From contig CANRNC010000010.1 in NCBI GenBank assembly GCA_947631915.1, positions 83 to 64,082 of the forward strand: a stretch of 64,000 nucleotides of DNA, read 5' to 3'. Shown here piece after piece: positions 1 through 11,353 of this stretch. The notes under the pieces are model-generated. The model made no database searches and was not told the origin of the DNA. It saw only the letters and a program-made list of their open reading frames with translations. The stretch comes from an uncultured Clostridia bacterium (GTDB taxonomy: Bacteria; Bacillota; Clostridia; TANB77; CAG-508). The translations under genes were made by a program, and so were the position numbers. Positions within the stretch are counted from its first letter, which is position 1, and every line of letters begins with the position of its first letter.

Positions 1-50
1 TAGAAATACAAGAGGATATTAAAAAATTTATTGAAGAAAAGGAAAATTAG
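1..50 (+). CDS. 3' end of an upstream gene (partial; ...EIQEDIKKFIEEKEN*)
   Basis: Open frame running off the window start, stop at 48-50, translationally coupled to the next gene. Confidence 0.3.
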   Translation, partial: EIQEDIKKFIEEKEN

Positions 51-52
51 AA

Positions 53-988
53 ATGATAATAAATACAGGTTGTAGAACAGATATACCAGCATTTTATTCA
101 AAATGGTTGATGAATAGAATAAGAGAGGGTTTTGTTTATGTAAGAAATCCATATTATAAATCACAAGTTACAAAGTATAGTCTATCTCCAAATGTAGTAG
201 ATTGTCTTGCATTTTGTACTAAAAATCCAGAGCCAATGCTAAAATATTTAGATGAATTAGATGTATATAAACAATATTGGTTTGTTACAATAACACCTTA
301 TGGAAAAGATATAGAGCCAGTAGTTCCAAATAAGGAAAAAGTAATTGAGAGTTTTAAAAAGTTGTCAGAACATATCGGAGTTAATTCTATTGGGTGGAGA
401 TATGATCCAATATTTATTGGAATGGGATATAGCTCAGAAAAGCATATAGAAGAATTTGAAAAAATGGCTAAACAATTAAAAGGATATACCAAAGATGTAA
501 CAATTAGTTTTTTAGATTTATATGAAAAGGTAAAAAGAAATGCACCTGATATTAGACCACCTACAAGAGATGAGGCAATACAAATAGGAAAAGCATTTGC
601 ACGAATAGGAAAAGAAAATGAAATGACAATTCATAGTTGTTGTGAAAAAACATATCTTGCTGAATATGGCATTGATTGCAAAGGTTGTATGAGTCAAGAA
701 ATAGTAGAAAAAGGAATAGGAACAAAATTAAATCCACCAAAAAGAAAAAGCCTTCGAGAAGATTGTAATTGTTTAATGGGAAATGATATAGGTGCATATA
801 ATACTTGTGGGCATCTATGTAAATATTGCTATGCAAATGCAAATGCTGGTCTAGTTAGAGAAAATATGAAAAAACATATTCCTACATCTCCATTTTTAAT
901 TGGTGGAAATGAAGAAGGCGACAAAATAACGGAGGCAAAACAAAAGAGTTGGAAAACAAATAAAAGTGAACAGATTAGTTTGATATAA
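53..988 (+). CDS. DUF1848 domain-containing protein
   Basis: 311-aa ORF; N-terminal MIINTGCRTDIPAFYS...NPYY and Cys-rich C-terminus typical of the DUF1848 family; hairpin terminator 1031-1057 follows. Confidence 0.55.
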   Translation: MIINTGCRTDIPAFYSKWLMNRIREGFVYVRNPYYKSQVTKYSLSPNVVDCLAFCTKNPEPMLKYLDELDVYKQYWFVTITPYGKDIEPVVPNKEKVIESFKKLSEHIGVNSIGWRYDPIFIGMGYSSEKHIEEFEKMAKQLKGYTKDVTISFLDLYEKVKRNAPDIRPPTRDEAIQIGKAFARIGKENEMTIHSCCEKTYLAEYGIDCKGCMSQEIVEKGIGTKLNPPKRKSLREDCNCLMGNDIGAYNTCGHLCKYCYANANAGLVRENMKKHIPTSPFLIGGNEEGDKITEAKQKSWKTNKSEQISLI

Positions 989-1099
989 TCATACTGATAA
1001 GTGAGTAAAAACTTGCTTTTAAGATTAAATACAAGGCTTAAGTGCCTTGTATTTTTGCATAAAAAATGGTAAAATACTAAATGCAAAGGAGAAATGAAA

Positions 1100-3057
1100 A
1101 TGTTTAAAATTCATTCAGACTATAAGCCAACTGGTGACCAGCCACAAGCAATAGAATATTTAAGTAATGGAGTGAAAGAAGGTAAGAAATTCCAGACACT
1201 TCTAGGTGTTACAGGCTCACGGAAAAACTTTCACAATGGCAAATATAATTGAAAAAGTACAAAAGCCAACTCTTGTTTTAGCACACAATAAGACACTTGC
1301 TCGGACAATTATATAGTGAGTTCAAGGAGTTCTTCCCAGAGAACGCTGTTGAGTATTTTGTGTCTTATTACGATTATTATCAACCAGAAGCATATATTGC
1401 TTCTAGTGATACCTATATTGAAAAAGATGCAAGTATTAATGATGAACTTGATAAATTAAGACATTCAGCTACTGCTGCATTATTTGAAAGAAGAGATGTA
1501 ATTATTGTATCTTCAGTTTCTTGCATATATGGTTTAGGTGACCCTATTGATTATGAGAATATGATTGTTTCATTAAGACCAGGCATGGAAAGACCTAGAG
1601 ATGAAATTATGAAAAAATTAATTAATATGCAATATACTAGAAACGAGATGGAATTTAAGAGAGGTACTTTTAGAGCTAAAGGTGATGTGTTAGAGATTTA
1701 TCCATCTGACCAGAGCGAAAGTGCAATAAGAGTGGAATTTTGGGGAGATGAAATTGACAAAATAAACGAAATAAATCCTTTGACTGGTAAGGTTATTGCG
1801 ACTAGAAACCATGTTATGATATTTCCTAATTCACATTATGTAACAGAAAAGGAAAAGCTAGATAGAGCTATAGTAACAATAGAAGATGAATTGAAAGAAA
1901 GAATAAAATATTTTAAAGAACATGATAAATTAATTGAGGCACAAAGAATTGAAGAAAGAACAAATTTTGATATAGAAATGATGAAAGAAACAGGCTTCTG
2001 TCAGGGAATTGAAAATTATTCAAGGCATATAAGTGGACGAGCTCCAGGCTCTGCGCCTTTTACTTTATTTGATTATTTACCTAAAGACTTTTTGCTATTA
2101 GTAGATGAATCACATGCTACTATTCCACAGGTAAGAGGAATGTTTAATGGTGATAGATCTCGTAAAGAAAGCCTTATTAAATATGGCTTTAGATTACCAT
2201 CTGCTTTAGATAACAGACCATTAAAATTTAATGAATTTGAGGATAGAATTAATCAAGTTATATTTGTATCAGCTACTCCTGCAGAATATGAAAATGAACA
2301 TTCTAAAGAAAATGTAGTCGAACAAATTATTAGGCCAACAGGATTATTAGATCCTAAAATAGAAGTAAGACCAGTTGATAATCAAATTGATGATTTAATT
2401 GGACAAATAAGAATGAGAACAGAAAAAGATGAAAGAGTGCTTGTGACTACATTAACAAAGAAAATGGCAGAAGACTTAACTAGCTATTTAGCTGGGGTTA
2501 ATATAAAAGTTAGATATATGCATTCAGATATAAAAGCATTAGAAAGAATGGAGATAATAAGAGATTTAAGAATTGGAAAATTTGATGTTTTAGTAGGAAT
2601 AAACCTTTTAAGAGAAGGATTGGACATTCCGGAAGTATCATTAGTTGCAATATTAGATGCTGATAAAGAGGGATTTTTACGTTCAGAACGCTCATTAGTT
2701 CAAACCATAGGTAGAGCGGCTAGAAATGTTGATGGAAAAGTTATTATGTATGCGGATGAGTTGACAGAATCAATGGAAAAAGCAATTAAAGAGACAAATA
2801 GACGTAGAAAGATACAAGAAGAATATAATGAGAAAAATAATATAACCCCACAAACAATTAGAAAGAGTGTAAGAGATACTATAAAAGCGACAATAGTTGA
2901 AGATATTCAATCACAATATGATATTAAAGAAGATGAAAGCATAGAAGATGTAATAAATAAATTAACAGACGAGATGTTAAAACATGCACAAAATATGGAA
3001 TTTGAAGAGGCTGCAATAATTAGAGATAAAATTAAGGAACTACAAGAATTAAAGTAA
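1100..3057 (+). pseudogene. uvrB: excinuclease ABC subunit B (UvrB), reading frame broken twice near the 5' end
   Basis: ATG at 1100 gives [40 protein letters not shown], then the Walker A reads GSRKNFHNG instead of [10 protein letters not shown] (extra c at ~1228, stop at ~1248). The downstream frame LAHNKTLA breaks again at ~1302 (gct c gga caa for LAGQLY). The 586-aa ORF 1297-3057 carries the rest of UvrB ([10 protein letters not shown] ... helicase C motifs ... UVR domain). Confidence 0.85.
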
Positions 3058-3335
3058 AAAGAAAAAATTTCCTAAAGAGCACTTCCAATAAGGACAATTA
3101 TTGGTAAAGTGCTCCTTTGAGCTTTACAGCATATTTTAGCTATGCTGTTTTTTCTTTTTTCAAAATTAACCAGTGTTTCGTATCTATAAACTTTTCAGTT
3201 ACCATAAAAAATTGTGGGTTAATATATTATCAATATAGCCACTTGTCAATGAAAATTTGTGAATTTATCCAAGTTAATTGAAATTTACATAAAAATATGA
3301 TATTATTAGTAAAAAATAATATGTAGAGGAAAAAA

Positions 3336-6321
3336 ATGGGAGTAGAATTATTCAAACATAATGCAATGGCATATGAAAAAGTAAAAGAAATGCTTGCAGA
3401 TGAAAATAAAGCAGCAGTAGTACACCCAACAGGGACAGGAAAAACATATATAGCACTAAAGTGGATAGAAAAATCGACAGGAAAAACTATATATGTAGCA
3501 CCAACAAACCATATATTAAAACAGGTGCAAGACACTATAGAACAAGCAAGAGAATTTGGACAATTAAGTGAAGAAGAGTATAGAAGATATAAAGAAGTAA
3601 AATATGTAACATATACTTCTCTAATGGAACTCTCTAAGTTAGATAGTGGATATCAAAATATTATTCTAGATGAGTTTCATAGATGTGGTGCACCAGAATG
3701 GGGAAAAGGAGTAAATAGATTATTAGAAAATAGTCCTAATGCAAAAATAATAGGATTGTCTGCGACACCATTAAGAGCAGTTGATAAAAAAGATATGGCA
3801 GATGAACTATTTGAAGGACAGATAGCATCAGAAATGACATTAGAAGAAGCTGTAGCAGAGGAAATATTACAAGCTCCAATATATATCAACGGAATATATT
3901 CCTTAAATGAAGTAGTATTACAGGCAGAAGCAAGAATATCAGGAATAGAGGATAAGAAGACTAAACAGGAATTAGAGAAAAAAATAAGTGAAGTAAAAAA
4001 ACAGCTAGAGAAAGCAGAAGGACTAGAAGAGATATTTGAAAAATATGCTAAGAAAAAAGATGGAAAATATATAGTATTTTGCAGTAACATAAAAGATATG
4101 CACAAAAAGATGCAAGAAGCAGAAAAATGGTTTAGTAAAGTAGGAAAAACAAAACTGTATGAAATATCATATAGGAAGAGCGATCAATTAAACGAAAATA
4201 CAATAACAAGATTTAGAAGCGAAGATGATGGTACTATTCATCTTCTATTTAGTGTTGACAAACTAAATGAAGGGATACATGTAGATGGAATAGATGGAGT
4301 AATCATGCTAAGGAAAACAGAATCTCCACTAGTATATATACAACAATTAGGAAGAGCATTATCAGCAGGAAATAAAGGAATACCGCTTGTATTTGATTTA
4401 GTGAACAATATAGAAGCTAGTAGATACATATATGAATTTATAGAAAGAGTACAGACAATAAGGAAAGAAAGAGGAATAAAAGATGAAAATATAGGAAATA
4501 TAAAGATAAAAGAACTACAAAGAGAAGTAAAAGAAATATTAGCAATAATAAATGAAAAGTTAGTAAGAACCGAAAAGAGAGCAGTAACAAGAACTTTAGA
4601 GATAGCAGAAATATTATATAGTAATGGCATAGATTTTACTAAATTAAAAAGAACTAGAAGAGTTAATGGAAAAACTACATTTATACGACTTTCAGAAATA
4701 AAGCAAGACGGAATAGATATAGAAAAAATAATAGAAGAAAATGCTCTAGATAGAAACTTACCAATAGGAACAATGCTTGCACATTTAAGAGCAGCATATA
4801 ATGGAACGTCAGAAATGCCAATAACAGAAGAAGAGAAAAGAAAAGCTGAAAGGCTAGGGTTAGTGCATAGCCAAACTATGGTAGAAAGGATATTGGAAGT
4901 AGCAGAAATATTGTATAATAATGGTATAGATTTAGAACATTTGCAGATAACCAAATTAGTAAATGGAATAAGAACATATACAAAAATATTAGATATAAGG
5001 CAAGATGGAATAGATGTAGCAAAAATAATAGAGGAAAATGAGCTAGATGGGAATTTAAAAATAGGAGAGTCTATCGGTAAATTAAGAGCAGTTTATAATG
5101 GACAGACAAATTTTAAAATAACAGAAGAAGAAAGAAATAGGATTGAGCAATTAGGGATAGTACAAATAGAAAAAGAAAAAACTAGAATAGCAAAAACACT
5201 AGAAGTAGCAGAAATATTATATAATAATGGTATAGATTTAGAACATTTGCAGTTAAGTAAATTAGTAAATGGAACAAGGATATATACAAAAATATTAGAT
5301 ATAAGGCAAGATGGAATAGATGTAGCAAAAATAATAAAGGAAAATGGATTAGATGGTACATTAGAAATAGGGAAACACATTATCAATTTAAAATCAACTT
5401 ATAATGGAATATCGACTTACGCAATAACAGAAGAAGAAAAAAGAAAGGCGGAACAATTAGGAATAGTACAAAAAGAAAAAACTAGAGTAGCAAAAACACT
5501 AGAAGTAGCAGAAATATTACATAATAATGGAGTAGATTTTAGTAAATTACAGTTAAGTGAAAGAGCTGATAGAAATCATAAAGTATATCTTAAAATAGCA
5601 GAAATAAAACAAAAAGGAATTAACATACAAAAAATAATAGAAGACAATGGGTTAGACGGAGATTCAGAAATAGGAAAGTCAATTTTAAATATAAGATTAG
5701 CATATAATGGCAAGGGAGATTATTCAATCACAGAAGGAGAAAAAAGAAAGATAGATAGAAGAATTAGGATTATTACATAGCCAAACTATGGTAGAAAGGA
5801 TATTGGAAGTAGCAGAAATATTATATAATAATGGTATAGATTTAGAACATTTGCAGTTAAGTAAAATAGTAAATGGAACAAGAATATATACAAAAATATT
5901 AGATATAAGGCAAGATGGAATAGATGTAGCAAAAATAATAGAGGAAAATGAGCTAGATGGAAATTTAAAAATAGGAGAGTCTATCGGTAAATTAAGATCA
6001 GGTTATAAAGGAAAGAAAACTATTATAATAACAGAAGAAGAAAAAAGGAAAGCAGAGACTCTAGGATTAATACCAAGAGAAATGGCTAGAAGGGAAGAAA
6101 AAATGGAAGACAATAAGGCTAAAGATGCAGATTTAAGCAAACAAGAAGAACAATTAAAAACAAATGGGATATCTCAAGATGATAACGAAGAAAGTTTGGA
6201 CGAATTAGAAGATAAATTGCAAGGATTAGTAGAAAAGAAAAAAGCAAGCAGTCAGTTAGTAAAAGACTTTGAATATTTAAAAAGTCAAAAAGATGCTAAA
6301 AAAGGAATAGAAAAGGAGTAA
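3336..6321 (+). pseudogene. SF2 (DEAH/ResIII-type) helicase with five C-terminal helicase-associated (HA) domain repeats; split into 814-aa and 177-aa ORFs by a 4-bp tandem duplication
   Basis: Motifs HPTGTGKT (I), LDEFHR (II), SATP (III), QQLGRALS (VI). Five ~100-aa repeats LEVAEILYNNGIDLEHLQ...VNGTRIYTKILDIRQDGIDVAKII...YNG..ITEEEKRKAE.LG match the HA domain. Frame 0 switches to frame 1 at aagatagatagaag (5748-5761), exactly where the next repeat unit should continue. Confidence 0.7.
4560..6010 (+). repeat. intragenic tandem repeat array, period ~300 bp (HA-domain units); units at ~4890, ~5190 and ~5790 are >90% identical at nucleotide level
   Basis: Direct comparison of 4861-5100 with 5775-6010 and 5180-5400 shows long runs of identical sequence (ggtagaaaggatattggaagtagcagaaatatt...ataaggcaagatggaatagatgtagcaaaaataat). 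Confidence 0.85.
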
Positions 6322-6332
6322 AAAGGTAATAT

Positions 6333-6530
6333 ATGAATAGTTCAAAATTAAGTGGTATTAAATTAATTGAGTTACAAAAATTGTTTAGATATGGAAAAAT
6401 AAAAGAAAAAGATATTCCTGAAAAGCAATTAAAAGAATTAAAAAGGTTATATCATGAACAAATTAGTTTTTTAGAGAACTCAATAGAAGCAGATAAACAA
6501 AAAATATTAAAGATAAAAAAGCAATTATAA
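6333..6530 (+). CDS. hypothetical small coiled-coil protein (65 aa)
   Basis: ORF with RBS aaaaggtaatat upstream; followed by hairpin terminator 6541-6587; no recognisable family. Confidence 0.3.
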   Translation: MNSSKLSGIKLIELQKLFRYGKIKEKDIPEKQLKELKRLYHEQISFLENSIEADKQKILKIKKQL

Positions 6531-6834
6531 AATTTTTACTAAAACGACACATCGCTCTGCCAAGCAAATGTGCCGTTTTATTATTTGCTCAAATTAACCT
6601 AACAATTTATATTTTTTAAGCTTGTCAAATCTAATAAAAATAAGAAAGAAATCTAAATAAGAACTTTTTGTCCTTATTAGACTTCTCAAAAAAGGAGAGT
6701 TTTTTCAACTTATTGAAACTAACTACATAGTCAATTACAATTAAATAAAATTTTAAAAGTATCTTATAAATAAACTATTGTCGTTTCGAAAAGGATATGA
6801 TAAAATATACAAATAATGAAAAGAGAGGAAAAAA

Positions 6835-8643
6835 ATGGATAGAAATCATATTAGAAATTTTAGTATTATTGCACATATAGACCATGGAAAGTCTACATTG
6901 TCAGATAGAATAATAGAAATGACAGGAGTACTTTCTAAAAGAGAAATGCAAGAACAAGTTTTAGATAATATGGAATTGGAAAAAGAACGTGGTATTACGA
7001 TAAAGTCACAAGCAGTTAGAATGGTATACAAGGCTAAAAATGGAGAAGATTATATTTTTAATTTAATAGATACACCTGGGCATGTGGATTTTAATTATGA
7101 AGTATCAAGAAGTTTAGCAGCTTGCGATGGAGCAATACTTGTAGTAGATGCTTCTCAAGGCGTAGAAGCACAAACTTTAGCGAATGTATATCTTGCACTA
7201 GATAATAATTTAGAGATCATACCTGTGATTAACAAGGTTGATTTACCAAACGCAAGACCTGATGAAGTAAAAAAAGAGATAGAAGATATAATAGGAATAG
7301 AAGCCCAGACAGCACCATGTATTTCAGCAAAGACAGGATTAAATGTTGAAGAAGTATTAGAAAAAATAGTTAAAGATATACCAGCACCAAGTGGTGATGA
7401 AAATGCACCAGCAAAATGTTTAATATTTGATTCATATTATGACAATTATAAAGGAGCTATTGCATACGTAAGAGTATTTGACGGAACTGTAAAAGTCGGT
7501 GATGAAATTAGACTTATGAAAGCTAATAAAGTGTTTACAGTAACAGAAGTTGGATATTTTGAACCAGGCACATTTGTAGCATCAAATGAGATAAAAGCAG
7601 GTGAAGTAGGTTATATTTCCGCAAGCATCAAAAATTTAGAAGATATACATGTTGGTGATACGATTACAGTTAATTCAAATCCAGCAAAAGAAGCTCTACC
7701 AGGATATAAAAAAGTTAATCCTATGGTTTATTGCGGTATATATCCAATGGATGGAAGCCAATATGAGAATTTAAAAGTCGCATTAGAAAAATTAAAATTA
7801 AATGATGCGGCACTTCAGTATGAACCAGAGACATCTGCTGCATTAGGATTTGGCTTTAGATGTGGATTTTTAGGACTATTACATTTGGAAATAATACAAG
7901 AGAGACTTGATAGAGAATTCGATTTAGGATTAATTACTACTGCACCATCAGTTATCTATAAAGTGCACAAAACAGATGGTACAGTATTAGACTTGTATAA
8001 CCCAACAGATTTACCACCACAACAACAAATTTCTTATATTGAGGAACCAATAGTAAAAGCAGAAATATATACACCAAAAGAATATGTTGGAAATCTAATG
8101 CAAGTATGCCAAGATAGGCGTGGGGTATATATTGATATGAAGTATTTAGATGAGAATAGAGTAACTTTAATATATGACATGCCATTAAATGAAATAATAT
8201 ATGATTTCTTTGATAATTTAAAATCAAAAACAAAGGGATATGCTTCCTTTGATTACGAATTTAAGGAATATAGACGTTCAGAACTTGTGAGATTGGATAT
8301 ACATGTAAACAATGAACCTGTTGATGCATTATCTTTTATAGTGTATAAAGATAGTGCTTACAATAGAGGAAGAAAGATGGTCGAAAAGTTAAAAACAGTT
8401 ATTCCAAGACAACTATTTATTATTCCACTTCAAGCTGTGGTCGGAGGAAAAATTATAGCAAGAGAAACGATATCTGCTATGAGAAAAGATGTATTAGCAA
8501 AATGTTATGGAGGAGATATAACTAGAAAGAAAAAACTATTAGAGAAGCAAAAACGTGGAAAGAAGAAAATGAGACAGATAGGAAATGTAGAAGTTCCACA
8601 AGAGGCATTTCTGTCAGTATTAAAATTAGATGATGAGGAGTAA
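6835..8643 (+). CDS. lepA: elongation factor 4 (LepA)
   Basis: [27 protein letters not shown]... GTP-binding motifs and LepA C-terminal domain; 602 aa. Confidence 0.95.
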   Translation: MDRNHIRNFSIIAHIDHGKSTLSDRIIEMTGVLSKREMQEQVLDNMELEKERGITIKSQAVRMVYKAKNGEDYIFNLIDTPGHVDFNYEVSRSLAACDGAILVVDASQGVEAQTLANVYLALDNNLEIIPVINKVDLPNARPDEVKKEIEDIIGIEAQTAPCISAKTGLNVEEVLEKIVKDIPAPSGDENAPAKCLIFDSYYDNYKGAIAYVRVFDGTVKVGDEIRLMKANKVFTVTEVGYFEPGTFVASNEIKAGEVGYISASIKNLEDIHVGDTITVNSNPAKEALPGYKKVNPMVYCGIYPMDGSQYENLKVALEKLKLNDAALQYEPETSAALGFGFRCGFLGLLHLEIIQERLDREFDLGLITTAPSVIYKVHKTDGTVLDLYNPTDLPPQQQISYIEEPIVKAEIYTPKEYVGNLMQVCQDRRGVYIDMKYLDENRVTLIYDMPLNEIIYDFFDNLKSKTKGYASFDYEFKEYRRSELVRLDIHVNNEPVDALSFIVYKDSAYNRGRKMVEKLKTVIPRQLFIIPLQAVVGGKIIARETISAMRKDVLAKCYGGDITRKKKLLEKQKRGKKKMRQIGNVEVPQEAFLSVLKLDDEE

Positions 8644-8651
8644 AGAAAAGG

Positions 8652-9473
8652 ATGAAAGATAGAAAAGATTTTAATAAGAGTAAATCAAAGTATTCAAATT
8701 ATAATCATAATAAGAAATTACAACATGATGAAAATAAAAGTTATGATGATATAGTTGAGGGACGTAATCCAGTTATGGAGTTATTGGAATCTGGAAAGGA
8801 TATCAACAAAATATTTATACAATCAGGCGAGAAGAATGGTTCTATTAATAAAATAATTGCAAAGGCAAAGGAAAAAAGAATAGTAATGGTAGAAGTGCAG
8901 AAAGCAAAATTAGATGAAATGTCAGAGACAAAAAATCATCAAGGAGTAATTGCCATTGTACCTCCTTTTGAATATTGTGATGTATATGATATATTAGAAT
9001 ATGCAAAACAAAGAAATGAAAAGCCATTTATAATAATTTTAGACGGAATTGAAGATCCTCACAATTTAGGTTCAATTATTAGAACTGCAGAGACAGCAGG
9101 AGTACATGGAATTATAATACCTAAAAGAAGATCAGTGGCAGTAAATGCAACTGTAGCAAAGACTTCAGCAGGTGCAGTAGAACATATAAGAGTTTCTAGA
9201 GTCAGTAATATAAATGAAACTATAAAATATTTAAAAGAAAATGGAGTATGGATTTATGGAACTGATGGAGAGGCTAAAAATTTATATTATAATCAGGACT
9301 TTAGAGATTCAACAGCAATAGTTATAGGTAGTGAAGGGTTTGGAATGAGTGATCTAGTTAAAAAGAATTGTGATGGATTAGTAAGAATTCCTATGAAAGG
9401 AAAAATAAATTCATTAAATGCATCAGTTTCAGCTGGAATTGTAATATATGAGGTAGTGAAACAAAGAAGATAA
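8652..9473 (+). CDS. rlmB: SpoU/TrmH-family rRNA 2'-O-methyltransferase (RlmB-like) with Lys-rich N-terminal extension
   Basis: SPOUT motifs (ILDGIEDPHNLGSIIRTAETAGVHGIII; IVIGSEGFGMS; NASVSAGIVIYE); 8 nt after lepA. Confidence 0.75.
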   Translation: MKDRKDFNKSKSKYSNYNHNKKLQHDENKSYDDIVEGRNPVMELLESGKDINKIFIQSGEKNGSINKIIAKAKEKRIVMVEVQKAKLDEMSETKNHQGVIAIVPPFEYCDVYDILEYAKQRNEKPFIIILDGIEDPHNLGSIIRTAETAGVHGIIIPKRRSVAVNATVAKTSAGAVEHIRVSRVSNINETIKYLKENGVWIYGTDGEAKNLYYNQDFRDSTAIVIGSEGFGMSDLVKKNCDGLVRIPMKGKINSLNASVSAGIVIYEVVKQRR

Positions 9474-9744
9474 AGTATAATATTAATAAATATAGGAACT
9501 TGTAAAGTAATATCAACGCAAGTTCTTATATATTTTAACCGGTTCATGGCAGAATTCTACATATTAGGACACAAAAAATTTACAAAGTAATGAAAATTGG
9601 CATAGAAACAGTAGAAAAGGAAGAAAAAGTAAAAATAACTAAAAATTAATAAAAAATATTAAGAAAAAAGTCTTGCAATAAATTTTGTTTATTGCTATGA
9701 TATAAATGTATATATGTAAAAATCTTTAAGAAAGAGAGCAAAAA

Positions 9745-10431
9745 ATGATTGAATTTAGAAATGTAAGTAAAGTATACGGAACAGGAGTAGAAGCTGTTGA
9801 TAATGCAAATTTTAAAATAGAAAAAGGTGAATTTGCCTTTTTAGTTGGAACATCTGGTTCAGGAAAATCAACCTTGATTAAAATGATTTTAAAAGAAGAA
9901 GAACCAACATCAGGAAATATAATAATAAACGGAAAAGATACTACATTTTTAAAGAAAAGTAGAATTCCATATTTAAGAAGAAGTATGGGAGTAGTTTTTC
10001 AAGATTTCAGATTGTTACCAGATAAGACAGTTTATGACAATGTAGCATATGCAATGTATATAGTAAGAGCAACTCCTAGACATATTAGAAGACAAGTTCC
10101 AATGGTTTTATCATTAGTAGGACTTAGTGAAAAAGCAAAAATGTATCCAAATGAATTATCAGGAGGAGAACAACAAAGAGTAGCTCTTGCAAGAGCACTT
10201 GTAAATAACCCAGCAATGATAATTGCAGACGAGCCAACAGGAAATTTGGATCCAGAAACAGCTTGGGATATAATGAATTTATTAAATGAAATAAATTTAA
10301 GGGGAACAACAGTAGTTGTAGCTACTCATGCAAAAGACATAGTTGATAAAATGAAAAAGAGAGTAATTCAAATAGATAAAGGTGTTATAATAAGAGACGA
10401 TAAAAAAGGTGGTTATAATAGTGAGATATAA
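9745..10431 (+). CDS. ftsE: cell division ATP-binding protein FtsE
   Basis: ABC ATPase GTSGSGKSTL, LSGGEQQRVALARAL, IIADEPTGNLD; 228 aa; upstream promoter TTGCAA-17-TATGAT. Confidence 0.9.
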   Translation: MIEFRNVSKVYGTGVEAVDNANFKIEKGEFAFLVGTSGSGKSTLIKMILKEEEPTSGNIIINGKDTTFLKKSRIPYLRRSMGVVFQDFRLLPDKTVYDNVAYAMYIVRATPRHIRRQVPMVLSLVGLSEKAKMYPNELSGGEQQRVALARALVNNPAMIIADEPTGNLDPETAWDIMNLLNEINLRGTTVVVATHAKDIVDKMKKRVIQIDKGVIIRDDKKGGYNSEI

Positions 10432-11323
10432 TATTATTAGTTATTTAGTGGGAGAAGGCTTTAGAAATACATTTAAGAACAAAAAGTCAACTATAATTTC
10501 TGTTACGACAATGTGTTTAACCATGTTAATGTTTGGAACTTTCTTCATACTAGGTGAGAACATAAACCATATAGTAAACAATATAGAAGAACAGCAAGGA
10601 ATGATGGTTGTTATCGATAAAAAGGCAACAGAGGAACAAATCACTAAAATAGGAGAAGAAATAAGAAAAATAGATGGAGTAAATACAATAGAATATACAT
10701 CACAAGAAGAAGCATATAACAAGGTAAGAGAACAATGGAAGAATGTTGAACTCGACAACTTCTTAAATGGATATACTGCAGATAGATTACCTCCATCATA
10801 TACAGTAACATTGACAGATTTATCATTAAATAGTTCTGTTCAGGCACAGATAAAAAAGATAGAAAACGTAACGGAAGTTGTGGCAATGGATAGCACAATT
10901 TCAACATTAGAATCAATAGCAAAAGGAATAAGAATAGGAATATTAGCAATTTTAATTGCATTAATAATAATTTCTGTATTTATTATTTCAAATACTATTA
11001 AATTGTCAGTACATGCGAGAAGAAAAGAAATATCAATAATGAAATATGTTGGAGCCACGAATGGTTTTATACGTTGGCCATTTGTAGTAGAGGGAATGAT
11101 AATAGGAATAATAGCAGCTTTAATTAGTATTATTATAGTGGGATTTGCTTATAATGGTATTGCAGTACAAGCAGTACAATTTGAAACTTTACAAAAGTTA
11201 AATATAAGTTTAGTATCATTTTCTGATATGTTTAATTTAATTCTAATAATGTATTTAGCAATAGGAATTGGAATTGGTGTATTAGGAAGTGCAATGTCAA
11301 TGCGTAAATATTTGGAAGTATAA
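10409..11323 (+). CDS. ftsX: cell division permease FtsX
   Basis: Overlaps ftsE stop; N-terminal TM, extracellular domain, C-terminal three TM segments; 304 aa. Confidence 0.85.
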   Translation: MVIIVRYNIISYLVGEGFRNTFKNKKSTIISVTTMCLTMLMFGTFFILGENINHIVNNIEEQQGMMVVIDKKATEEQITKIGEEIRKIDGVNTIEYTSQEEAYNKVREQWKNVELDNFLNGYTADRLPPSYTVTLTDLSLNSSVQAQIKKIENVTEVVAMDSTISTLESIAKGIRIGILAILIALIIISVFIISNTIKLSVHARRKEISIMKYVGATNGFIRWPFVVEGMIIGIIAALISIIIVGFAYNGIAVQAVQFETLQKLNISLVSFSDMFNLILIMYLAIGIGIGVLGSAMSMRKYLEV

Positions 11324-11353
11324 ATAATATATACAAACGAAGGGATGAGATAA

